Program-made: the position numbers and the translations under genes
Notes under the pieces: generated by a model
Told to the model about the DNA's origin: nothing
Database searches by the model: none
What the model saw: the letters and a program-made list of their open reading frames with translations, nothing else
DNA from: Lytechinus pictus
Taxonomy: Eukaryota
Length of the DNA stretch: 64,000 nucleotides
Assembly: GCF_037042905.1 (NCBI RefSeq)
Contig: NC_087252.1
Location: forward strand, 22,198,001 to 22,262,000
Reading direction: 5' to 3'
Shown: in pieces, positions 48,691 through 61,822 of the stretch
How the letters are laid out: the number at the start of each line of letters is the position of its first letter
How positions within the stretch are numbered: position 1 is the stretch's first letter

Positions 48691-51600
48691 GCATGGAACG
48701 TATTCTAACGTCAGGCACAAATTAACGTCAGTGATCTTGATCCCCGTCTTCACCCAAAATTAAGGATTTCGTAGCTGAAAAAAATTTGACAAGAAAAAAA
48801 AAAGATCTTCACGTTCAAAAGAGGGGACATACGTCTTTTTTCGTTGCATTTTTATTAATTTGGCTTCTCAAGGGGGGGGGGGCACGTCCCCTGGATCAGT
48901 TGTGACTCGTCAGGGGGGCAGTCTGCCCCCCCCCCCCTTTGGTACACTAGTGGTTCCATGCTGATAGCGCGTAGATCAGAGTCTAGATCCAGAGACTAGA
49001 CTAGAACTAAGATATTTATTTTAGATCTAGGACTGGTTCTGTATACAGACTAGACATATTAAACCATGGTAAATAAGCTAATATTGGTCCAAACCTAATC
49101 AAACGTAAAGTTCGGAATTAACAAGTTCGAAGTTAACCATGGTATTAGTCGGCTATTCCTATTAGTATTAGGCATTATACAGGTCCAGATTTGAGGTAAA
49201 GTTAATGCGCTAGCCTAAGCTAGCCCTACCCTAGCACATGTCTTGCCATTAATGGCAGCTAGTTTATTAAGTGTTTAAGAATTGGATATATATATATATA
49301 TAGATCTAAGCTTATAAGACCTATGTAACTATGTAAGGGTACCGGTAATCTGACGATGCTAATTCATTCTGAGCAACGTGAATGCTTGCTTACGATCGGC
49401 ACTGGTCGAGGCCAAGTCCACGCGCATGCGTACTCTCAATCCGAAGACTCAAGTCATGAATATTCATATGTTGGTCCAGAACTCGGTGGGAAAAATAATT
49501 TCGCGTCCCGGTCCTATGTCAAAACTCAAATAATAATGAAAAAATTCAGCTCTTTATTAAGTGCGATCCATATCCACCTCACAATTTTCCTACAGAGTGC
49601 TTGAAATAAATAGCTAAAATTTACTCTTTTTCAGATTGGAATATCACATAGTTTAAGCTTCGCACTGGCTCTGATTTTTCATGATAAAAGATGTGTAGAA
49701 TGCCTAGATACTAGGTCTGAATATGAAACACGCGCGCGCATGTTTATTCAGATACTCAACTTGTTCTCTATTTAAATCATTATCCAGTTTCAGATCACAA
49801 TACCAAAAAATTTCTGCTCGCGCTTTGTGCTCGGATTATTAATGTAGGAAGATCCCCTATTACTCATTCTTTTCATGATTTACAAAACATGAATAGAGTG
49901 TGCCGTTTTTAGGTCTAAATCTTGATTTTTTCCGCTCGCGCTTCGCGCTCGCATCAATTGTTTAGTTATATGCCTATCTGTTTAAATTACAAAAAGTTAT
50001 TAGAATTTTCATTCCTTAGGTAAAAATGTCAAAAAATTTCAGCTCGCGCTTCGCGCTCGCATTATTTGATTTTTAAAATATGTAACGTCTTCCTGGCTAA
50101 CTGCAAGCAGTCTTTTAACAGGTACCGTTTCCATCAGTTCAATTCTTCTCGCGCTTCAAGTTCGTAGTCATTATTCATTTACATACACATCTTTTTCAGG
50201 ATAGCAAACATTGCCCAGAATGTTAAAAATTTAGGAAAAAATACATAAAATTTTCCCCAAAAAAATTTGCTCGCGCTTCGCGCTCGCATTATATAAATAA
50301 GGATTATGATATTATACATAAGAATAAAGTTAAGAAGTGACTATTAGGACTACCCCTTCAAAGAAACCAAAAATCATCTTCGAGCGGCCGATCGGGGAGA
50401 ATATGGCTGAAAAAATCCGCAACCCCCCCCCCCCCCAATGGCGAAGGCTGGATCCGCCTCTGCTTAACAAGTTTCGATCAGTTCAAATTAAACGTATGTA
50501 AACATTTTCTGGCTGCACTTTGCACTCGCATTATTAATGTAAGGAAGACCTCCAATCACTCATCCTTTTCATGACAAAACATGAATAGAGTGTCTCGTTC
50601 TTAGGTCTAAATCTCAAAATTTTCCGCTCGCGCTCCGCATCAATTATTGTTTAGTTATATAGCCTACCTATTATGTTTAAGTTACACAAAGTGCTTAGAA
50701 TTTCCATTCTTTAGGTTAAAAAAAATTAAAAAATTTCAGCTCGCGCTTCGCGCTCGCATTATATAAATAAGGATTATGATATTATATACTTATGTTGATT
50801 TATAAGAATAAAGCTAAGAAGAGACCATGAAGACTACCCCTTCAATGAAACAATCAAAAATCCTCTTCGAGCGGCTGATCGGGGATTAACATATGGCTGA
50901 ACCCCCCCCCCCCCCCTATTGGCGAAGGCTGGATCCGCCCCTGTGGTCCCCCCTACCTTTCGGGACAGATTTCCGCCCATGCAAGAGTGTACCGTTGAGA
51001 AACAAAGACGGCGGCTTCTTGAAAAGAAATGGCGGTCGTCGCGATTAGAGATTGATCGTCAGTTGTATCAAGAGCAGGAAAGGCACGTTAATTATCTTAT
51101 TCGTCAATCTAAGCAATCTTACTACAGAAAAGTCATTGAAGACTGTGGCGATGATTCTAGACCTCTGTTCCAGGTTGCTAATCAACTTCTTAACCGGAAG
51201 CAGTCACCCCCTCTTCCTTCACTTGCCTGTGATAAGTCGCTGACAGAAATCTTCAATAATTTCTTTGTTGACAAAGTTAATTCAATCCAACGTAGCCATT
51301 CTCCAGATGTTTCTCCACGACCATGTCTGACGGATGAAATTTTGGAAGTCTTCGAACCGACCACAGCAGATGAAATCAAGTCCCTTATTTGTACAACTCC
51401 TGTGAAGTCAAGTGGACTCGACCCTGCTCCGACAAAGTTGCTTAAAGAATGTGCTCCAACAGTCGCACCAGTGATTGCAGCGATAGTAAACATGAGTCTC
51501 TCTTGTGGTGAGGTTCCCAAAGCACTGAAGCTGGCCCACATCCACCCTCTACTTAAGAAACCATCTTTGGACTGTGAGTCACTCCTTAGCTATCGGCCAA

Positions 51601-51786
51601 TCTCCAATTTGCCATACCTATCTGAAGTATTGGAACGTGTCGCTTTTTCTAGACTGTCAGACTATCTCATTGAAAACGATCTGATTGATGGAAGGCAGTC
51701 TGCATACCGTCCTAATCATAGCGTGGAGACTCTTGGTGAACTTATCGAATGACATATTGTCAGAGATGGACACCGGACGTGTCACA

Positions 51787-52585
51787 CAGTGGCGTAGACA
51801 GGTTCGTACACCTGGGGGGGATGACTGGGTTGCCAACGCTAGTGAGGGCGCGAAGCGCCCGAGCGAGGGAGCGAAGCGACCGAGCGGGGGGAGGGTGTGG
51901 GAGTAGGGTGTCCCCCCTCCCACGGTAGGGAGCTTTTGCAATTTTGAACTTGAAATCGTGCAATCTGATGCATACTTAATGAGGTAAAATAACACACACA
52001 CGCATACACACTCACACACACACACGGGTGCGCGCGCACCACACACATACTACGCCTTAAAAGGACAGACATACATCGACAAGATCTACACACCGTGGCA
52101 TACGAATACAGAATGGACTGACACATAGTATTGCATATTGAACCACACTACGTATTTATTTATCTCTGTGAATTTTGCTGTTACATCTCTTCAGAAAAAA
52201 AAACCAATGTCAACTGTGTACACGCAGATATAGTCTTTGTTGTCTTGATATGGGTATGTGGTTATGAATGAAAACAGACTCTGTGGCCATTTGTGAATAG
52301 AACACATAAACAACAAACAAATAACAATATGTCTGTTCATTATAAAGCATAATGAATACGTACATACTGTGCTTTTTTTTACCTCAAAGAAACAGGCATA
52401 GTATCCATAGATGGATATTGGCTGGCGGCTCATTAACATACAGATACAAAAAACATAAACAGTATCACTATGATCCATGGAGTAACAATACTGCTTTGTA
52501 AGTTTGTGAAGAAATCGGAACCATAACGGCATTGCATCGTTTCAAATTAGGGCATTATTTACTTCTATTTGATCTCAGTCTTATA

Positions 52586-52640
<55 letters not shown>

Positions 52641-54750
52641 AAATAAAAAATAATACTAATACAAATAATAATGCTAATACTAATTTGGTTCCTTTTATCT
52701 CGCATTTCAAGACAGGGTAAATTCACACTGCGCTTTACATGAAAAAAACTTCTTTAAACATTTCAAACTTATGTCTTCATGCATCAATCAACATACTTTA
52801 AATGAATACAAAACAAAGTGCATCTTAAATAAAACAAAAATAAATAAATAGTTAACAATACAGAAAAGATGTAGCTGCTGCAAGCTTAACAACAAACTAA
52901 TGTATACCAGTCAGTCCTGATATCAGTATTAGTGTAACAATAGTCATATAGTGGGAGCATGAAGTTGAACAATTCATGATTATACATAATTATATATGTT
53001 ATAAAGATAGTAGTATGGTACTCTCTGTCACGAATTATTATGTATACTGTTGTATCACATTCATTTTCTATTCTGTTTTAGATTGCGCTGATGCATTTTG
53101 CACACAATGTATAATGCCTATAACACGTGGTTTGCCCCATTTGAACACGCAAAACTCGTGGTTATCTTTTGGTTTCCACCAACGAACGTAGAGGGCAGCA
53201 ACACACAAGCGTGTTGCTCTAAGGAAGGTCAACTCCGCTCGAATTTTGTGACCACTTTAAAAAATAAGGTGGGGTTTTGGGAAATTTGTCGAGTTGATTT
53301 TTTTTTCATTTGTTAATTTCAAATATTTTTTAATGAACAATTATTAGATCGGTTATTCTGGGTATAAATATTAAAAATATTACTTACATTTTTAAAGAAA
53401 ATATTTAGCTTAAATAATCATGATTTTGACATTTTTCCTCATTTTGGAATATTAAGCCTGTAACGAGGATACCTCATATCTCTTATTTTCTTCTGCTGAA
53501 TTTCGCTGCACCACTAATAAATGCATAGACAACCACCGTAATAATCGAGGTCATTTTTCTGGCCTGGGTGCGCCGAGTCTGGGCCGGTCGCGCAGCTAGC
53601 TAGTGACGTTGATGATGCGCTGGGGCTTCAGGCGACTCGTCATAGAACTAGCAACTTAGACAATGACGTCTAATTTGCCTGGCCTGATTTGAAGTGTAAT
53701 GGCTTCAGGGCTGATGTTTATCAACGATGATTGTTCAAGGTTAGTCATTTGACTTTTAAGTCTATAAATCAGAAATAAAGGCGCTGTATCCCCGAAATCC
53801 GGGTCTAAATTTCAACTCTGAGTCCGAGACCATGGCATGGACGGCGAAAAAAAACCCATGCATGCATCGGATGCATTGCATTGGCTGCGCGCTGCGCTGC
53901 AGCTGCACTGTGATGATGGGTTCAGCGAAGAGCTCAGAGAAAATAAGGTGGTTATATTCAATCCCGAAATGCTTTGCGAGTGGTCACAAAATCGTCTCGA
54001 CGCAAATCACCTAATACAGCCGTCTGGTGAAATCGCTGATAACAACAATCACCGATTTGGTAATGATTTTAGTTTCCTGAAACTTATATTTGTAAAGTTT
54101 TAAATATCAAAGTATGTTTTTATATGTATGTATATTCCTCAACATATTTTTAAAGTTATCTTTGATATTGTTGTAGTCATATTCTTTCATATTCGTTTTT
54201 TGATCGCTACTAATTTGTTGTTGTATTGGATCGGCATTTGATTTCGTTGGCATGAACAATAAAATACGCGCGCAGCTCAGCTGCATGCGCGTATCGAGTT
54301 GACCTTCCTTATAGCAACACGCTTGTGTGTTGCTGCCCTCTACGTTCGTTGGTTTCCACACCACGAGATTGCGCGCACTGCAAAATATGCGCGATTAATC
54401 TTGTGGTTATCTTGTGGTTTCCAAACCACAAGATAACCACAAAATACTTGTAAGATTTTCTTTTTTTTACCGTCTGAATTGGCTTTCACCGTGTGAATGC
54501 GGCTAATAACAATAAACACAATTACAATAATGATGAGGATTATTATCATCATCATCATAATTATTATTATTATTAATATTATAATTGTTATCATTATTAT
54601 TATTACTATTATTATCATCATTATGACTTATTAAGTAACCAAATATCATTCCCCAAAACCTGGGGGGGATGATTGTACATGCCATCCCCCCCACCTTGTG
54701 AGGTGGGGGGGATGCATCCCCCTCATCCCCCCCCGTTGTCTACGCCCCTG
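51787..54750. mobile_element. hAT-type element, inverted longer copy of 18524-19556
   Basis: Same TIRs, TSD GTGTCACA; extra ~2 kb at 52531-54498. Confidence 0.9.
53180..54351. mobile_element. MITE with ~56-bp TIRs and 8-bp TSD (P- or hAT-like)
   Basis: CAACGAACGTAGAGGGCAGCAACACACAAGCG... inverted at both ends; TSD GTTTCCAC. Confidence 0.85.
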
Positions 54751-57599
54751 GTGTCACAGCTTTGGTTTGTTTAGACATGTCTTCTGCATTTGACACGGTT
54801 CACCATGGCATACTTTTGGATATTCTGTCATCTCTTGGTCTTCGGGGAAAGGTCTTCAGTTGGTTTGAGTCATATCTATCTGATCGATATCAGCTGGTTT
54901 GTGTCAACAGTGCAAAGTCAGATCAAGTTCCCCTGACAAGCGGAGTTTCCCAAGGATCAGTGGGAGGTCCCCTACCTTTTTCTGTATACCTCAGTGGTCT
55001 CAAGCATATTTTAGATAAGCACTCTGTTATTAAGTACCACTGTTACGCCGACGATGTTCAGCTGTATACTTCTTTCGCCGCTGGTCAAGATAACACTGAA
55101 CTAGCTATCAAAAAGCTTGAAGAATGTATTTATGATGTACTGGATTGGATGTGCTCAAACTCTCTTAAAGTAAATAATGCTAAGTCTGAATTCATGTTGC
55201 TTGGTTCTAGGACTCAGTTATCTAAGTCTAATGTTTGCTCCATAAAAATAGGATGTTCTGTAATCAGAGTTTCAGATAAGTGCAGAAATCTTGGTGTTAT
55301 GTTTGATGCTAATATGTCCATGTCTACCCAGGTCTCTAGTATATGTCAATCAGTACAGTACCAATTACGGAATCTAGGGTTCATTAGGAAGTATCTTACT
55401 AAGTCTTGTACAGAGAAGATTATACATGCACTTATTACATCCCGTCTTGATTTTTGCAATGCTTTAGTATATAATGTTTCACAATCTCAGTTAGATCGCC
55501 TTAGGAAACTGCAACATAATGCTGCCCGTATCGTCACCATGTCCCCCAAGAGGAATCACATAACCCCAATTCTCAAATCTCTTCACTGGCTACCTGTTTT
55601 ACAGCGCATTACATTTAAAATCCTCCTTCTTGTTTTCCATTCTATTCACAGAACTGCACCTCAATACAACTCTTCCTTGATTACTCCATACAATCCCTCT
55701 CGCAACCTTAGGTCTTCTAGTTCATTCTTACTCGCTATACCACAATCTCATAATTCATGGGGGGATCGATCATTTCAACATGCTGGGCCTTTCCTATATG
55801 GAATAAATTGCCAATAGAAATCCGCAATATTTCTCGTCTCACTACTTTCAAAAGTTCTCTTAAAACCTGGTTATTCACGGAAGCTTTTAGGTAATTGTCA
55901 TTGTACCCCTCTTTAGTAGGTTTTCTTTCTTCCTTCCTTTCTTTTTCTTTTTCCTTTTCCTTTTCTTTTCTTTATTGCGCCATGAGCATCTTTTTATGAT
56001 GGATACCGGCGCATTACAAATGTTCATATTATTATTATTATTATTATTATTGTTCTTTATTAAAAACGTCCATTAAACTTTTTTTTCCAGATCAAAATTT
56101 TCAGCTCGCGCTTCGCGCTTGCATCTATTGTTCTTCTAGATACCCATCTTAATCATTGATACCAAAAATGCTTAGAATATCACGCTTTCAGGTCAGAATA
56201 TAAAGAAATTTCAGCTCGCTCTTTAGTAAGATACATGTATCTATCCTCTTCTTGAGTTATTACAAACAAACTTAAACAGGTACATTTTTCCTGTTTTCAT
56301 GTCACTATACTAAAAAAAATTCAGCTCGCGCTTCGCGCTCGCATTGTTGGTGAGGGTGAGATATGTGTCTCTTTATCATGAGTCATATATACATATATAA
56401 TATAGGCCTATGTGTGGGGGGTGTAGGGGTGTGTGTGGGTGAGTTTGTTCGTTTTGTGTGATCAAGCACATTTGGAACGTTGTTTCATGATTTTGCCCCC
56501 TCCCCCAAATCTGAAAAATGGATCGACGCCCCTGAAGGACAACACGTCAGCTACACGGACCAACACGTCAGCAACACGGACCAACACGTCAGCTACACGG
56601 ACCTACACGTCAGCAACACGGCTTCAGCCCCCCCCCCCCATCCCCCAGCTCCCCGTTTCCGCGGCCCCTGGCTGTAACGTTAGAGCTGTCACCCAGCAAC
56701 ATATTAATACATGAATGACGTATTTATGACATATACGAGCGGAGAATGGGAAGTTACATTTGCCTTCCCCTCATAAGTTATTGATTTTTTCATTTTTTTT
56801 TCTATTTTACATTGCTCTTTAAATTCAACGGTAGTAAAAAAGTGATACCACATTTTGAGACTACTACCTACCTTGCAGTGATCTAGAGGCTCCATACTAA
56901 CTACCTTTGGTATCAAACCTTTTCTGATGAAGAATATTATCTTACTAGCAAATGATGAGCACAATTAATTGAATGATTTATGTATTTGATATCAAGCTCT
57001 ATTTGATTAAGGAAATACCTACGTGTTGTTTGGGCAAGAGATAGGAGTGTAAAAAAAACAACGTGAGGGGGCGCGATACACAAAACGATACCAAATTGAA
57101 TTATTACGGTTGGGAAAGGATGCTATGGCTCAGTTGTGTGAAGATGAGGGGTGTGGGGGTACTTACCCCACCCCACAATAAAAAAATAACGACCTATAAA
57201 ACGAGAAAAGGAAAAAGAGGACAGTGATATATGATATTATTTTCGGAATATTGTGTCAAAATCTATCACAGAATTTGATTTTTGCTCGCTCTCTTCGCTC
57301 TTTTTAATATTGCAATGGTCCCTGCAGTTATTTCTGATGATACCCAATGGTAGATGATATTCAAGTTTTTAATCAGATTAATAACCCCTACACAAAGCGA
57401 TAGATGGGTGTTACATTGCTTTAAGGATTTGATAGGTATTCAATACAAAGCTTAATGATAAGTCGCCCCCTTCTCTTTAGAGGCAATCGGGCAAAATCTC
57501 GTAACATCATTTTTTTTCTTTTCTCCAATTTATACTTATCATCATGATCACCATTTACCTACTCAAGAAATGTTTGAATATCTGATAAATTCATTTATT

Positions 57600-58235
57600 A
57601 GAGGAAGATGAAATTATCTTCATGAACCTGTTTTGAGGAAGATGAAATTATCTTCATGTAGCTGTTAAACGAAGATGAAATTATCTTTCTGTAAGTGTTA
57701 AACGAAGATGAAATTATCTTCATGTAGCTGTGTAACGAAGATGAAATTATCTTTATGTAGGTGTTAAATGAAGATGAAATTATCATCATGTAGCTGTGTA
57801 ACGAATATGAAATTATCGTCATGTAGCTGTTTAACGAAGATGAAATATCTTCATGTCGCTGTTAAATGAAGATGAAATTATCTTCATGTAGCCGTGTAAC
57901 GAAGATGAAATTATCTCATGTAGCTGTAAGAGGAAGATGAAATTATCTTCATGTAGCTGTTTAACGAAGATGAAATTATCTTCATTTAGCTGTTTAACGA
58001 AGATGAAATTATCTTCATGTAGCTGTGTAACGAAGATGAAATTATCATCATGTAGCTGTGTAACGAAGATGAAATTATCTTCATGTAGCTTTTAGAGGAA
58101 GATGAAATTATCTTCATGTGGCTGTTAATCGAAGATGAAATTATCTTTATGTAGGTGTGTAACGAAGATGAAATTATCTTCATGTAGCTGTTAAACGAAG
58201 ATGAAATTATCTTCATGTAGCTTTGACAGGAAGAT
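57600..58235. repeat. ~33-bp minisatellite, ~19 units
   Basis: GAAGATGAAATTATCTTCATGTAGCTGTGTAAC consensus. Confidence 0.95.
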
Positions 58236-59048
58236 ATATATGTGCGTGTGTTTATTTATTTGTATTCATTAAAACATATTGAATTATATTTATACAAATG
58301 TATATGCTGTTTTCATACGTTTCATTTTTTGCTCAAGTAAACTCATTTATGGAAGGAATAGGAGTGTGTGTATTGGACAAAATCAATAAGTGAGATAAGT
58401 GGATGACTGAGCGCTGAAATTTGATTAAAACATTCCCCCAAAACAGATGAAATTTTAAACAAAAATAAACAAAGATTCGTTCATTTTGAAAAGATTTACT
58501 GTTTTAAGTCAATATCACAACAAAATGCAGAATGAATGAATTTATTAGGACATTAAAATTCACAAAACAAATGGAGACATGGTGTGGGCAAGGGATGAAA
58601 TTTTTCAAGTGAAATGCTCCACCTGGGGTTAGTCTCAAAGAATAAGTCATGAATGAGTTGTTTACGTCTTTGAGCTTTGGACTTTGGTCTCGGCTGATCT
58701 GGGCTGATTCATTCATATGCAGGGTGTAGCACTTGGAGGGATGCATGCATATACCAGAGTACCAGCATTGATTTAGGAAAGAATTTCAATAGAACAATAA
58801 ACTGAAAGATTTAATCTCATTTCATGTAGTTTCTTTTGATATAACAATCATGGAGAAGGGGGAAAGGGCCTACTTTCATTTATGCTAAACATGTGACTCT
58901 GATGGAGATTTCTTCATGATTGTTAAAGTGTGTATTGTTTTCATGGGTAACTGCAAACAGTCCTTCCGGTCTGCTTTCCATCAGGCCAGAACGTATATTA
59001 AAAATTTCTGCTCGCGATTCGCGCTCGCAGTAATTATTTAGTTACATA

Positions 59049-59903
59049 GGGGAAGGCGGGGTAAGTAGAGCACAGGGGCAAGTTGAGCCACCATCCCCAG
59101 GCCAATAATGAATGAGTCAGACATTGTGGTGGTGTCATGTATTGATGACCCATTACATAACCCTTTACCCAACCATATTGTTTTCGACTTTGAAACAAAA
59201 AGTAAATTTTTAGACGGAAAAATACAAATTTCAGCCAAAAAAGTAAATAAGGGTGTAAAATAGAGGAGTGCTTAATTTTTACACACACACACATCTTTAA
59301 ATATAATAAAGAAATAAGAACAATATTTATTAGTCCAGGTATGGATCTACATTCTTGTCATAGTATTTTATATGATGGATGAATAAGGAATGTGTGGATG
59401 TGAAAATATCGCATTAAGTTGGGACTGGGGTACTTTGAGCCAGCGAACATGGGGCAAGTTGAGCCATGGTAATTCTTATGGTAATAAAAATGAAAAATTA
59501 AAAAAACTTGAAAAGCCATAGATATGCAGGCAGAAAGGTGTAAATTCACATGACAGTTCTTTTACTTTTAGAGGATGTTAGTATTTATAGAGAATTAGCA
59601 AGTGAAAAGACTTGAAATAAAAAATTGACATGCTGCTTCTTACTGCATACATTTTGTACATAGTTTTTGTGGCTCAACTTACCCCAGAAGGTGGCACAAC
59701 TTACCCCACATATGGGGCAAGTTGAGCCATTTTTTCAAAGGTCACAACGATTTTCAGTGTGGGGGTAGAAAGTTATATATAGGTGAAAAATATTTCCCAA
59801 GAATCAAATTTAAATGCAAGGTACTTATTTCTACAATATTATTAGTCATATCAATTCTAACATGCAAAATGCAAAAAGTGTCACAACTTACCCCGCCTTC
59901 CCC
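59049..59903. mobile_element. TA-flanked MITE (Tc1/mariner-pogo type)
   Basis: TA|GGGGAAGGCGGGGTAAGT...ACTTACCCCGCCTTCCCC|TA; internal GGGGCAAGTTGAGCCA repeats. Confidence 0.85.
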
Positions 59904-60065
59904 TACACATCTTGTTCACGATCACAGTCATTGCTCAGAATGTTTAATTTTTAGGACAAAATACATGATTTTTTTTAATTAGCTCGCGCTCGTACTATTC
60001 AAATAGGGCTTATATGACGTTATTCATCTTTTGTGAGAATAAAGCTAAGAAGTAACTGTTAGGAC

Positions 60066-60128
60066 CAGTGGCGTACCTAGGATTTTCCACAGGGGGGGCC
60101 AAATCGGCCGCCAAAAAATTTGACAAGC

Positions 60129-60159
<31 letters not shown>

Positions 60160-60393
60160 TTCAATTAAAAAATGAAGGTTTTCGTAGCACCAAAAAATTT
60201 GACAAGCAAAAAAAAAAAAAAAAAAGGTGTTCAAGTTCATCAGGGGGGCGATAAAGGTCTTCAAGCTGGTCAGGGGGGGGGGGGCAAAAAAGGTCTTTTA
60301 AGCTCGTCAGGGGGGGGCAGGTATATGTCTTTTGTATGGGTTGTGACTCGTCAGGGGGGGGGGGCAGAGTGCCCCCCCGTAGGTACGCTAGTG
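60066..60393. mobile_element. hAT-type MITE
   Basis: CAGTGGCGTACCTA...TAGGTACGCTAGTG, exact TSD GTTAGGAC. Confidence 0.85.
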
Positions 60394-60991
60394 GTTAGGA
60401 CTACCCAAATGAAAATCAACTTTGAGCGGCCGATCGGGGAAAATATGGGCATTTTTTTTCGCCCCCCCCCCCCTATTGGCGAAAGCTGGATCCGCCCCTG
60501 GTACTTTATAGGAAGAAACAGAAGAAATTTAAAATGACTGGACTATTATTCATGTTCTCCAGCGATGCATGTTATTCTTCTCTTTGCTCAATGTATTCAA
60601 GCATGTCAATAAGTCATTAATTGTGAGTGCAGTGATTCCACACGTTTAGTAGAAGTTCATTGGCTCAACTAGACTCCACGTTGGTTGTAAGATCTCCTTA
60701 GAAGTTTTACCTTGGAACTGTCCCTTCTTTGAAAAAAAAACCGTCATTTTTCGGAGAGTTTATTTATTCGGCTAAGACTTGGACTTACAAAGGTAAGAAG
60801 CCATGTAAACCCTACGTTGGATGATAGTATTGGATTTTGATGTGATGTTGATATTTCAACGCGGAAATAAGATTGTTTAAAAATGACTTTAACGAAATCA
60901 TGATTGTGGTCACAACACATTTTTAAGAACAAACATTCTTTATGATGTAAAATTGTAAATGCATTAAGAATATCAAGATATTGGAGCTTAA

Positions 60992-61498
60992 GGACGTTCC
61001 ACAGTTAAAATGAAATCCATGCCATTTTCACCCAATTTTGTACAGAGTTACTTTAGCACCTAGTTATTCCAAATATGTAAAAATTATTACCGGTCCATGT
61101 GCTTATTTTTTTATATCAAGCTTCGTTCACCGATTTGTAAGGTCTCGAGAAAATACGCAAAAGAATTTTTTTTGCATTTCTAAACCCCACGAGATCACAA
61201 CGTAGAGTGTACTCAAAGTCTCTATTACTCCGTCAAAATCCATCTAAATTTCAACAAATTATATGTTATTGTTCAAAATTATATCCTCAAGATAAAGAAT
61301 CCACGCGTATTGCTCTTCTTACTAACACCTTCAATTTTAAACATATGGTTTGAAAGGCGACACAATTTGTCTAAAAAATATATATAACAAATTGAAGAAG
61401 TACAATAAATGATGTACTTTGTTTAAAACCCATGAGCAATTCCACGATAACACCGTGACACTTTGGAACAAATTTTCATACATCAACTGTGAACTTTT
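60992..61498. mobile_element. Possible TTAA-flanked MITE
   Basis: TTAA|GGACGTTCCACAGTT...AACTGTGAACTTTT|TTAA, degenerate. Confidence 0.4.
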
Positions 61499-61822
61499 TT
61501 AACAAGATGTCTTAGACCCCTGTTACACATGCGTCGGCTTTCAAAGCCGGCCCCGGAGGCGGCCTCACGCCTGCAATTTGAAGCCGCCTCAAAATCATCA
61601 AACCCCTGTTACACATAGTCTCGGGCCCGCAATTTTGCGTCTACACATAGGCCGGCCTCACGTCGCCTTTTCACGAGCTGACGTTGGGGCGCACTTCATG
61701 TAAACAAACGCTTAATATTTTCGCGCGGTTTGCAGGTCTTTTTAATTGCATTGGATCTCATCGACATCGCGACCGATCCGTACACATATCTTACCTCCAT
61801 ATTTTGTTTATATAATTGCATT

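Larger units (their letters stand above)
44826..49504. mobile_element. Fold-back Mutator-like (MULE) element
   Basis: 9-bp TSD GTCCCGGTC; arms 44826-45173 + 48146-~48575 mirror ~48750-49504. Confidence 0.85.
44064..50981. mobile_element. hAT-type composite element
   Basis: CATGGGCGGAAATC...GATTTCCGCCCATG with exact TSD CAAGAGTG; many GCTCGCGCTTCGCGCTCGC motifs inside. Confidence 0.85.
43728..56050 (+). pseudogene. Second L2-type LINE (5'-truncated ORF2 in pieces 43728-44063, 50982-51786, 54751-55890)
   Basis: ISDH, KHAP..PWY|T, YRPISNL, LDMSSAFDTV, YADDVQLY, RNLGVMFD, SRLDFCN, LHWLPV; GCGCC..GGCGC hairpin and (TAT)n tail. Confidence 0.9.
43365..56534. mobile_element. hAT-type MITE expanded by nested insertions
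   Basis: CAGAGGCGTCGATCC...GGATCGACGCCCCTG; TSD ATGGACAA/AAGGACAA. Confidence 0.8.
43239..56620. repeat. 21-bp minisatellite (AACACGTCAGC[AT]ACACGGACC) split by a 13.2-kb insertion
   Basis: About 6 units at 43239-43364 and about 4 units at 56535-56620. Confidence 0.85.

Noticed and set aside
44789..49604. Identical short ORFs MLIHSEQ... on opposite strands
   Set aside because: A by-product of the MULE inverted repeats.
57598..58216. Repetitive MKIISSS ORFs
   Set aside because: Translation of a 33-bp minisatellite, broken by indels, with no splice or start context.
61730..61822. N-terminal extension of the 304-aa ORF, and ORF portions 62609-62644 and 63199-63246
   Set aside because: Non-ATG start and intronic read-through; the spliced model from ATG 61823 fits the family better.
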